NCBI GenBank assembly: GCA_016432445.1
Contig: CP066689.1
Coordinates: 630,001-662,000, forward strand
Length of the DNA: 32,000 nucleotides
Source of the DNA: Candidatus Saccharimonadota bacterium
GTDB taxonomy: Bacteria > Patescibacteriota > Microgenomatia > UBA1406 > GWC2-37-13
Direction: 5' to 3'
Below the pieces are notes generated by a model. The model searched no databases and was not told the origin of the DNA. It saw nothing but the letters and a program-made list of their open reading frames with translations. Below are positions 19,164 through 27,081 of the stretch, one piece after another (the first letter of the stretch is position 1; each line of letters opens with the position of its first letter). The position numbers were made by a program, and so were the translations under genes.

Positions 19164-20201
19164 ATGAGAAAAAAAGATTTTATATTTTCATTGAATGAAT
19201 TAAAAAAATATCTTAAGTCTAAAAAAATAGGTCTAAAAAAAATTAATCTCCCAACTGTTAACTTCAAGCAAAACTTTCCACTGCTTATTCCAAAACATTA
19301 CCTACAGCTTGTTGATTGGGATAATCCTGAAGATCCATTAAAGAAAATGGCCGTACCCAATGAAAAAGAATTAGCGGCTAAAGAATACGAGCTTGAAGAT
19401 CCTCTTGGCGAAAAAATGCATACACCGATACCAGGCATCGTTCATCATTATAACAACCGCTGTCTTTTAAACCTAACCACTAACTGTTCACTGCACTGCC
19501 GCTTTTGTTTTCGAAAACATTTGCTTAAGGAAGGTAAGTATATAGAAAATTCCGACTGCATTAAATACATTAAAGAGCATGAAAAGATATGGGAGGTTAT
19601 CTTGTCAGGAGGCGATCCTTTTATGCTAGATAATTATACTCTGTCGGAAGTTTTAATCAATCTTCGTCAGATTAAACACATTAAAATGATCCGATTTCAT
19701 ACGCGTACACCTGTTGTCTATCCTCAACGAATGACTCCAGCTTTGATTAAACTTCTAAATAATGCCCTTCCGTACTCCATTGTTTTTCACATTAATCACC
19801 CTCGAGAAATTTCTAAAGAGTTTATAAAAATTGTCTCGAAACTTAGGAAAAAGACCTCTCTTTTGCTTTCTCAGACAGTACTGATGAAAGATATTAACAA
19901 TGACCCAAAGATATTAGAGGAATTATTCAAAAAATTAGCAGAGATTGGAATTAAACCTTATTATCTGCATCACCCTGATCTTGTCCGCGGCACGCACCAT
20001 TTTCGAGTCAGTATTGAAGACGGAAAAAGAATAATGAAAAAATTACAGGAAAATTTATCGGGTATCTGTTTACCTGAGTATGTGGTTTATTTGCCAAAAG
20101 GAGGCGGCAAGCTTCCGGTCTCCTACCTTAAAAAGATTAGAAATAATCACTATGCCTCCACTAATTCAGACGGTAAGAAACTCATCTACGTTGACTATTG
20201 A
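19164..20201 (+). CDS. KamA-family radical SAM protein (lysine 2,3-aminomutase / EpmB-like)
   Basis: CSLHCRFCFRK is the CxxxCxxC cluster. ILSGGDPFML and the family-like size (345 aa) also fit. Confidence 0.8.
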   Translation: MRKKDFIFSLNELKKYLKSKKIGLKKINLPTVNFKQNFPLLIPKHYLQLVDWDNPEDPLKKMAVPNEKELAAKEYELEDPLGEKMHTPIPGIVHHYNNRCLLNLTTNCSLHCRFCFRKHLLKEGKYIENSDCIKYIKEHEKIWEVILSGGDPFMLDNYTLSEVLINLRQIKHIKMIRFHTRTPVVYPQRMTPALIKLLNNALPYSIVFHINHPREISKEFIKIVSKLRKKTSLLLSQTVLMKDINNDPKILEELFKKLAEIGIKPYYLHHPDLVRGTHHFRVSIEDGKRIMKKLQENLSGICLPEYVVYLPKGGGKLPVSYLKKIRNNHYASTNSDGKKLIYVDY

Positions 20202-20229
20202 CTTTAGATTATTTATGTTATAATTTAGC

Positions 20230-20889
20230 GTGGTAAACAAGAAAAAAAGCCTACAAAAAAATAACACTCCCTCTCCAATTATTGTAAAACTAGAAAAATT
20301 AAAACCACCAAAAAAGTATCTACCTTTAGTCGTTTTAATAATCATCGCTGTACTGTTGGGTTTACTTTTTTATTTTAAAGGATTATTTATAGCGGCTATA
20401 GTCAATGGACAGCCAATCTCACGGCTTGAAGTAATTAAAGAACTTGAAAAACAAGGCGGTCAAAGAACACTTGAGTCTTTAATAACAAAAAATCTGATAT
20501 TGCAGGAAGCCAGAAAGAACAAAATAAATATTTCCAGTAAAGAGCTTGACGAGGAAATAAAAAAAATCGAGTCTCAAGTATCAAAACAAGGTCAAAATTT
20601 AGATCAGCTAATGGCCGCACAAGGAATAACTCGTGACTTGCTGAAAGAGCAGATCCGGGTACAAAAAATTATTGAAAAAATATTAGGAAATAAAATAACA
20701 GTTACTGATAAGGAAGTTGATGATTATATTCAAAATAATAAACAATCGCTTCCTGAAAACCTTCAGGGTGATGAACTAAAGAAAAATATTAAACAGCAGC
20801 TACAACAGCAAAAGTTATCTACAGCGTTCCAGCAATGGATGGAACAGGCAAGAAAAGACGCTAAAATATCCACATTTGTTACTTACTAA
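20230..20889 (+). CDS. SurA N-terminal-domain-like periplasmic chaperone (no PPIase domain), N-terminal TM anchor
   Basis: GTG start and a TM segment. VNGQPISRLEVIKELEKQGGQRTLESLI...LILQEA is typical of SurA_N/PrsA-like proteins. Confidence 0.6.
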   Translation: MVNKKKSLQKNNTPSPIIVKLEKLKPPKKYLPLVVLIIIAVLLGLLFYFKGLFIAAIVNGQPISRLEVIKELEKQGGQRTLESLITKNLILQEARKNKINISSKELDEEIKKIESQVSKQGQNLDQLMAAQGITRDLLKEQIRVQKIIEKILGNKITVTDKEVDDYIQNNKQSLPENLQGDELKKNIKQQLQQQKLSTAFQQWMEQARKDAKISTFVTY

Positions 20890-21013
20890 GTATCTTCTTT
20901 TTATGTTTTTAAGGGTAAGGATTTAAAGAAAGAATGGAGAGGTGGGTGATTGCCCTTATCAATTATCAACCTCTGGAGTTGAAAACGCTGTCAAAACAAT
21001 CCGTATAGCTATT

Positions 21014-21733
21014 TTATAAATTTTTATATCTACGTAGTCTTTCGGGAACAGGCAGTTCTTTCATTGCTAAAAAAGGATCAATGACCGGACTTAATTCCTT
21101 TATTTTCTTGCTTTGTTGTAAATGACTTTTAGGTAATATTGACGGCACAAGCGCTTCTTGTGAACATATATCCACGATTCTTTCTTTCTCATCTTGGTTT
21201 AAGCCAAATTCTAAAATGAATTTTTCAATTCCTATATGATAAGCTTCATGTAATAAACATCCCTCAGGAGTGCGAAAACCCTTTTCCCAATTTCTTCGAT
21301 AATACATGGAAATCGTAGGACCCATTGTAGAACTTAAGCGATAACCTCCACCAATGCCAATCGAACAGGGAGTAATAACTACATTATATTGATCAGGAAT
21401 AAAAAAACCCCAGTCTTGAAGAGGCTGATAAGCCTTTACCCCTTTCTGAAATGTGGGATTACAATTCTGCAATCTTTGGACCTCATCATTGGGATCCCAC
21501 GATTTATACCATTTATCAAAAGTTTTATCAAAATCTTCATCCGATACTTTTCCTTCAAGGTAACTATTAAATTCTGGAGGGCAGGAAAAACCATAATCTT
21601 TTTCTCTCCAGGCGACAACATTATTTCGAACATCTCTACATATTGCCCTGGCTTGAAGAGCATTGGGAATTATTATATTCATTGATGGAGGACCTTTTAC
21701 TTCTTGTGGATTTTTTGGATAAGGCTCTTTCAT
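21014..21733 (-). CDS. hypothetical protein with an HEXXH zinc-metallopeptidase-like motif
   Basis: LLHEAYHIGIE contains HEAYH. No signal peptide is obvious and no family was recognised. Confidence 0.5.
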   Translation of the reverse strand: MKEPYPKNPQEVKGPPSMNIIIPNALQARAICRDVRNNVVAWREKDYGFSCPPEFNSYLEGKVSDEDFDKTFDKWYKSWDPNDEVQRLQNCNPTFQKGVKAYQPLQDWGFFIPDQYNVVITPCSIGIGGGYRLSSTMGPTISMYYRRNWEKGFRTPEGCLLHEAYHIGIEKFILEFGLNQDEKERIVDICSQEALVPSILPKSHLQQSKKIKELSPVIDPFLAMKELPVPERLRRYKNL

Positions 21734-21815
21734 GTTGGTTTAGATTTATAAGTATTTATTATAACTTATTCCGTAATCTTGATATCCTCCTAAAATTTTT
21801 GATATTATCTAATAA

Positions 21816-22433
21816 ATGAATTATTTGCCTGAATTTTTAACAGTTGCGTTGATTGTTTTTTTATCTACTCTCAGCCCTGGCCCGGCTTTTGCTTTAACAA
21901 TCCGCAATAGTCTAAAATATTCCAGAAAAGCGGCTCTTTTTACCGCTTTAGGTTTAGGCCTAGGTATATTCGTTCATGTCGCTAATTCTTTGCTGGGAAT
22001 GGGCCTTCTTATTTCAAAGTCAGAATCACTTTTTTCCATTATCAAATTAGTCGGCGCTACATACTTAATTTATCTAGGATACAAGTCGTTAACGTACAAA
22101 TCTCATAACGAAAATCTGCGCATCATTCAAATCAAGGATATAACAAACCTTAAGGCTTTTGGAATGGGCTTTCTAACCAATGCCACTAATCCAAACGTCC
22201 TTGTCTTCTTTTTAAGTATTTTTACTTTAGTCGTAAGCCGGTCAACTCCTTTTTCTATCAAAGCTCTTTATGGAATAGAAATGGCTTTGGCCGAATTTGT
22301 TTGGTTTGCTTTTCTTGGTACGTTACTTTCTCACAAGCTTATAAAGCAAAGGATTGGACTATACCAGATATATGTCGAAAGACTAATGGGAGTAATTTTA
22401 ATTATTTTAGGTCTAAAAATTGCTTTTTTTTAA
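21816..22433 (+). CDS. LysE/RhtB-family amino acid exporter
   Basis: The N-terminal LSPGPAFALTIRNS motif, about 6 TM segments, and 205 aa. Confidence 0.85.
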   Translation: MNYLPEFLTVALIVFLSTLSPGPAFALTIRNSLKYSRKAALFTALGLGLGIFVHVANSLLGMGLLISKSESLFSIIKLVGATYLIYLGYKSLTYKSHNENLRIIQIKDITNLKAFGMGFLTNATNPNVLVFFLSIFTLVVSRSTPFSIKALYGIEMALAEFVWFAFLGTLLSHKLIKQRIGLYQIYVERLMGVILIILGLKIAFF

Positions 22434-22480
22434 TTTATCCAGCATTTGATTAGCATTATTAAATTTGAAATACTTGATTC

Positions 22481-23161
22481 ATGCAACTTTCTCAAAATCC
22501 CCAATCAGTTCAATCAAATTCATATAATCCCCTTCATTTTTTTTGGTTTTTTCAATATTTAGGAGTATTTCTTATTTTTTTTTCACTCTCTTTAATTAGG
22601 ATTTTAAAAAATCTTTCGATCGAAGGTTTATTCAGTTTGTTTCTATCTTTATGCCTAATCATTTTCTTTTACTTGATTGGAAAAAAATTCAATCTTTTAT
22701 TTAAAGAACACGACCTTCTTGTTGGTAACCTGTTTAATAAACCAACTCTGATTACCGCAAATTCAATTAAGAAAGTATCAATTAGACAGGGTGCTATAGG
22801 AAGAATTCTTGGAATTAATAATTTATATATTCAGTTTCTGCCTACAGAAATTAAAAAAACGCAGCAATATCCGCTCAAATTTTTTGGCCTTCCGATTAAA
22901 GATGCAACAGGTTTACAGTTTCCCATGATCTGGGGTGACCTAATTTGCATTCCTGATATCTCAAAAAAGAATACAGATAAACTAATTAACGATCTTAACA
23001 ATTTAACCGGAGGAAATTTGATTGTAGAAAATACGGGAGTTTCCTATCCTTGGTACAAAACCTTGTCAAAGATATACTACGTTTACGCTTTATTATTTGT
23101 TTTATTAATCTCAATATTGATACTTTCCTTTCTAATAATCGCACTAATTTACCGCAAGTAA
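22481..23161 (+). CDS. hypothetical membrane protein, possible bacterial PH (bPH_2-like) domain
   Basis: TM segments at both ends. IRQGAIGRILGINNLYIQ resembles the bPH_2 core. Confidence 0.5.
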   Translation: MQLSQNPQSVQSNSYNPLHFFWFFQYLGVFLIFFSLSLIRILKNLSIEGLFSLFLSLCLIIFFYLIGKKFNLLFKEHDLLVGNLFNKPTLITANSIKKVSIRQGAIGRILGINNLYIQFLPTEIKKTQQYPLKFFGLPIKDATGLQFPMIWGDLICIPDISKKNTDKLINDLNNLTGGNLIVENTGVSYPWYKTLSKIYYVYALLFVLLISILILSFLIIALIYRK

Positions 23162-23240
23162 TATCCAGAAAGAGTTTATTTAATTTAGAGAATTAAAAAA
23201 AGAATGGAAAAGTAATAGATATAAAGCTTGCCTATAAAAT

Positions 23241-23320
23241 AGGCGGGGCCCGGCCAACCCTGATCAGATCCTGACTTAGTCGGAACTGCTCTACCAATTA
23301 ATCCTAATTTTATCGCCGCT
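23241..23320 (-). pseudogene. tRNA-derived relic (does not fold as a cloverleaf)
   Basis: The minus strand contains TAATTGGTAGAGCAG (D-arm-like) and GGTTGG, plus a GC-rich tail CCGGGCCCCGCC. I could not build an anticodon arm or a T arm. Confidence 0.3.
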
Positions 23321-23329
23321 TTCTAAATG

Positions 23330-23402
23330 TGAGTCCGGAGAGACTCGAACTCTCAACCAATGCCTTAAGAGGGCACTGCTCTGCCAGTTGAGCTACGGAC
23401 CC
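23330..23402 (-). tRNA. tRNA-Lys (anticodon CUU)
   Basis: The minus strand reads GGGTCCG TA GCTC AACTGGCA GAGC A GTGCC CTCTTAA GGCAT TGGTT GAGAG TTCGAGT CTCTC CGGACTC A. Confidence 0.92.
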
Positions 23403-23432
23403 AAATTGACGATAGACTATCGTCTACATTTG

Positions 23433-23504
23433 TGCCCCCGAGAGGAATCGAACCCCTATCACTGGTTCCGAAGACCAGTGCTTTATCCGTTAAGCTACGA
23501 GGGC
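23433..23504 (-). tRNA. tRNA-Arg (anticodon UCG)
   Basis: The minus strand reads GCCCTCG TA GCTT AACGGATA AAGC A CTGGT CTTCGGA ACCAG TGAT AGGGG TTCGATT CCTCT CGGGGGC A. Confidence 0.9.
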
Positions 23505-23548
23505 AAATTTTTGCTCTTTTAGGGGCAAATTATATTATACTATACCTT

Positions 23549-24103
23549 ATGTTTGTTTTAATCAGTTACAGTATTCTAATACTCCTGGAATTAATCTTTG
23601 CTATCTCCCTTTGCATTTATACTCTCTCTCTTTTTTGGTCATCTATTATGGGTTCTCCTTATGTCCCTACAAAAAAGAAAGAATTAATTAACTTTCTAAA
23701 GGAAGCCAGGATTAAAAAAGGGCAAATTTTTTTAGAATTAGGATGTGGCGATGGGCGAGTGGTCAAAACTGCTGTTAAGGAATACGCAGCCAAGGGAATA
23801 GGCATAGATATTAATCCTACTCTTATCTTTTGGGCGAAATTTATCGCTAAATTGACTAAAGTAAGCGGTATAGAATTTAAAGTTCAAAATATTTTTAAAA
23901 CCGACGTTTCAAAAGCTGATTTTATTTATTTATTTCTCATGCCTAAACTTCTAGAAAAGCTAAAAACTAAGTTTGAAGAAGAATCAAAAAAAAATGCCGT
24001 CATTATTTCTCACGGATTTAAAATCCTAGGCTGGGAAAAATATAATTATAAAACCATTGTGAATAAACCTTTCCCTACTTATTACTATAAACTAAGATCC
24101 TAG
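23549..24103 (+). CDS. class I SAM-dependent methyltransferase with an N-terminal TM segment
   Basis: LELGCGDGRV is SAM-binding motif I. I moved the start to the ATG at 23549, because the upstream part of ORF 23432..24103 is antisense to tRNA-Arg. Confidence 0.75.
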   Translation: MFVLISYSILILLELIFAISLCIYTLSLFWSSIMGSPYVPTKKKELINFLKEARIKKGQIFLELGCGDGRVVKTAVKEYAAKGIGIDINPTLIFWAKFIAKLTKVSGIEFKVQNIFKTDVSKADFIYLFLMPKLLEKLKTKFEEESKKNAVIISHGFKILGWEKYNYKTIVNKPFPTYYYKLRS

Positions 24104-24174
24104 ATCCGAGATCTTTGATCTTAGAAAATAAATCTAACATGTAAGATCTAATATCTAAATGTTATATTAATAGT

Positions 24175-24771
24175 ATGGGCAGGAAATTCAGCTTTTATCT
24201 TAGCTTATTTTTAATCGTTTTATTTATTAATTTGAATGCTGCCTTAGCTTTATTTAATCGCGTTAAAAGAGTTGAAGCTGGAAACCGGATTCTTAAAGAA
24301 ATAGAAGAACAGTTTAATTCAGATAGTCAGTTCAGCTACTCATCAGCTCCATTTGTTGCTGGTAATTCTGAAGCTAAAGTAGCTACGGGTGATTCTCGCG
24401 CTAAGAATCTTAAGCATTTTTTCCGTAAATACAACTCAGTTCTTTATGAATATGCCGATTACATTGTAAAAGTTTCTGATAAATATGAGTTTGATTATCG
24501 TCTGCTTCCTGCCATTGCCATGCAGGAGTCCAATCTTTGCAAATATACCCCTGAAAATTCTCATAATTGCTGGGGCTGGGGAATATACGGAGATTTAACA
24601 ACCAAGTTTGAGTCTTATGAAAAGGCTATTGATGCAGTAGCCTTAGGCATTAGAACTCATTATATTGATAAAGGACTCCTAACAGCCAGTGCTATCATGC
24701 AAAAATATACGCCTTCATCAAATGGAAGCTGGGCACGCGGAGTGAATAACGTGTTAGGATGGTTAGAATAA
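24175..24771 (+). CDS. secreted/anchored glucosaminidase-like peptidoglycan hydrolase (paralog 1)
   Basis: An N-terminal TM/signal segment. LLPAIAMQESNLCKY...NCWGWG resembles the glucosaminidase (FlgJ-type) core and the ORF at 26350..26913. Confidence 0.5.
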   Translation: MGRKFSFYLSLFLIVLFINLNAALALFNRVKRVEAGNRILKEIEEQFNSDSQFSYSSAPFVAGNSEAKVATGDSRAKNLKHFFRKYNSVLYEYADYIVKVSDKYEFDYRLLPAIAMQESNLCKYTPENSHNCWGWGIYGDLTTKFESYEKAIDAVALGIRTHYIDKGLLTASAIMQKYTPSSNGSWARGVNNVLGWLE

Positions 24772-24842
24772 GTTATGAGTTATGGGTTTTGGGTTCTAAA
24801 TTCATATCCCAAAATTCAGAACTCACGACCCAGAACTGTTTA

Positions 24843-25460
24843 TTATTGAACTGATCTTGCAGTATTTAATTCCATAGATTGATCGTATAGTGACCCTTTT
24901 TCTTTTCTTCTGGTCAGAAAGGCTGAACCTCTTTTTTTCTTTTTAGTTACAAAAGCCTGCAACCAAGTTCTTGATTCTCCTACCTTAGCTCTTAAGGTTT
25001 TTAAAAGATTTAAAATAAACTGAAGGAATCTTTCATGGTAAATACCAGGCTTCTCAGAAATAGGCTCAATTGAAAGTTTACCGGCATCTTTTACCAAGTC
25101 TGACGTCCCACTACCAACAACTGCCTTAATTTCTTTTGTTAGCTTTTTAACCTCTTCCTGCAAAGCTTGAACTTCCCTTGTAATTGTTACTTGCTCATGA
25201 TAATTGCTGAAATTAAAAACACTGGCTTCAATTTTCTTTTTAGGAGAGATTGTTTTATCCTGATGCTGGTAAGGATTTTCTTCCGTCACATTTTCCTCAT
25301 CAACTCCAAAAAATTTATCAAATATGCCGGTACTTATTTTTCCAAACTCTGAAACAGTTTGTTTAGCCACAGACCCGCTAAATTCACCTAATGTTTCAAG
25401 TGGGTTTTTTTTAGTTAAAGAAGAACTTTTTGTATTTGCACTCTGGCTTTTAGTAGCCAT
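24843..25460 (-). CDS. hypothetical protein (205 aa, Lys-rich, coiled-coil-like middle)
   Basis: ORF 12 nt downstream of tig on the same strand. Confidence 0.55.
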   Translation of the reverse strand: MATKSQSANTKSSSLTKKNPLETLGEFSGSVAKQTVSEFGKISTGIFDKFFGVDEENVTEENPYQHQDKTISPKKKIEASVFNFSNYHEQVTITREVQALQEEVKKLTKEIKAVVGSGTSDLVKDAGKLSIEPISEKPGIYHERFLQFILNLLKTLRAKVGESRTWLQAFVTKKKKRGSAFLTRRKEKGSLYDQSMELNTARSVQ

Positions 25461-25472
25461 AGCCCTATTTTA

Positions 25473-26345
25473 CTACAGGTTGCTTAGGAATTCAAGTGTC
25501 TTTTGTTTGCGCAATATTGTTGCATAAAGATAAGCATTTTCCTGAGCAGCTTTTCTTTCAGCTTCATTTTTAATATTGGAAAATAGCGCATCTAAATCTT
25601 TTTGATCAACTGTTATATCCTCTTTTTCGGCAACTTCGCTTAAAATAAACTCAAGTTTGTAGGTTTCCTCAATTTCCTTCTTAATTTTTTCTTTCATCTG
25701 GTCAATAGTTATTCCTTTTGATTTAAGATAAGATTCTATTGTTAATCCCAGCTTTTGGACATCATCTAAAAGCCTTGCCAGACGGTGGTTAAATTCCTCC
25801 TCAAGTATTAAGTCTGAGATCTCAACCTTTGAGGTTGAAAGAACAGCCGACAAAGCGATGTTTAAGTTCGCTTGATGATTTTCTCCTTCTGAAGGTTTTT
25901 TTTCTTTCTCCGTGTCTTTGCCTGGTACCCAGATATCGGCCTTTTTATTTTTTTCCTTGGCTTCTTTAATGTTTTTTTTGTAATCACCTAATACAACTTC
26001 AGGTTTTTCAGCAAGCAGTATGCTAAACTCCCAGTCTTCATTTTCTTTAGCTTTAACTAAATCTACTTTAGGGGAAACAACAGGCTTAAGATTTTCCTGT
26101 TTAATTATATCTTCGTATAACTTTTGAAGAAGATTTTTTATTAGGTGGTCGTATATTCTTTTCTTGGGAAGATGCTTTTCCGCAATCTGTTTTGGAGCTT
26201 TTCCTTTTCTATAACCTTCAACAGTCAGTTCGTTAAGTAGAGTTAAACTTGACTTCCTATACTCCTCTTTTACCTCATCCCAAGATACTTTTACATCAAC
26301 TTGAAATGTATTCCTAGGTAGTTTTTTTAAAGAGTGTTTAGACAT
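25473..26345 (-). CDS. tig: trigger factor, short form lacking the FKBP PPIase domain
   Basis: An N-terminal ribosome-binding signature EGYRKGKAP, a C-terminal helical arm region, and only 290 aa. Confidence 0.75.
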   Translation of the reverse strand: MSKHSLKKLPRNTFQVDVKVSWDEVKEEYRKSSLTLLNELTVEGYRKGKAPKQIAEKHLPKKRIYDHLIKNLLQKLYEDIIKQENLKPVVSPKVDLVKAKENEDWEFSILLAEKPEVVLGDYKKNIKEAKEKNKKADIWVPGKDTEKEKKPSEGENHQANLNIALSAVLSTSKVEISDLILEEEFNHRLARLLDDVQKLGLTIESYLKSKGITIDQMKEKIKKEIEETYKLEFILSEVAEKEDITVDQKDLDALFSNIKNEAERKAAQENAYLYATILRKQKTLEFLSNL

Positions 26346-26349
26346 GTTT

Positions 26350-26913
26350 TTATAATTCTACACTAACCTGGCTTAAATACAATTGTTCTTTTTCAACCTT
26401 TTCAAACATTTTCTTTATTGACTGCACTCTTTGAGCCCAGGTTGAACTTTCTGAATAGATTGGACCTATCTCTTCTATGCTTACCGCACCTTTATTAAGG
26501 TAATTTTTTCTCAATCCCTTAGCTACAGTATTAATACCTTGATCCCAGTTTTCAAACATAATATAGCCTCCGCCCCACCCAAAGGCATTAAAAGAATCTG
26601 GATAAATAAATCTCCCTAAAGTTGACTCAAGAGTTGCAATAGAAGGCAGTAAATAACAATCCAGCTCGTACTTTTGGCAGGCAGAGATAAAAACATCTAC
26701 TGAATCAATCATTGGTGACTGATACTTCTCAAGGATTTTTTTTATGGCTCTTTTTTGTAAATAGAGATCAGACTGCGAATTACGTAAGTCTTCTATTCCT
26801 TTATTAGAGGATATTATTGTCGCAGAACTTCCGGCTACAGAATCAGCAGTGGCCGGCTTGATTATTACGAAAAGGAATAAGAATATAAAGATGATGAACT
26901 TAATTTTTTCCAT
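26350..26913 (-). CDS. secreted glucosaminidase-like peptidoglycan hydrolase (paralog 2)
   Basis: A signal/TM segment. LLPSIATLESTLGRF...FNAFGWGGG and the downstream KGLRKNYLNKG parallel 24175..24771. Confidence 0.5.
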   Translation of the reverse strand: MEKIKFIIFIFLFLFVIIKPATADSVAGSSATIISSNKGIEDLRNSQSDLYLQKRAIKKILEKYQSPMIDSVDVFISACQKYELDCYLLPSIATLESTLGRFIYPDSFNAFGWGGGYIMFENWDQGINTVAKGLRKNYLNKGAVSIEEIGPIYSESSTWAQRVQSIKKMFEKVEKEQLYLSQVSVEL

Positions 26914-27081
26914 AAAAAAAATCCTAAAGCTTTTCGAACGAAAGTTGAGAAACCTTAGGATCTGGAACGTATTATAGCATAGTCTTATAGGCTTGTCAAG
27001 CGTCTACACTGTAAACCTATAATTATATATTCACGGCTATTTATGGCTAAATTCCGTCGTAAAACCTGGTAAACTAACCTT

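Noticed and set aside
24772-24842. Imperfect inverted repeats (GGGTTCTAAATTC...AAATTCAGAACTC) between convergent genes, considered as a possible small mobile element.
   Set aside because: They are short and imperfect and sit exactly between two convergent stop codons. They are most simply a bidirectional terminator region, and there are no flanking direct repeats.
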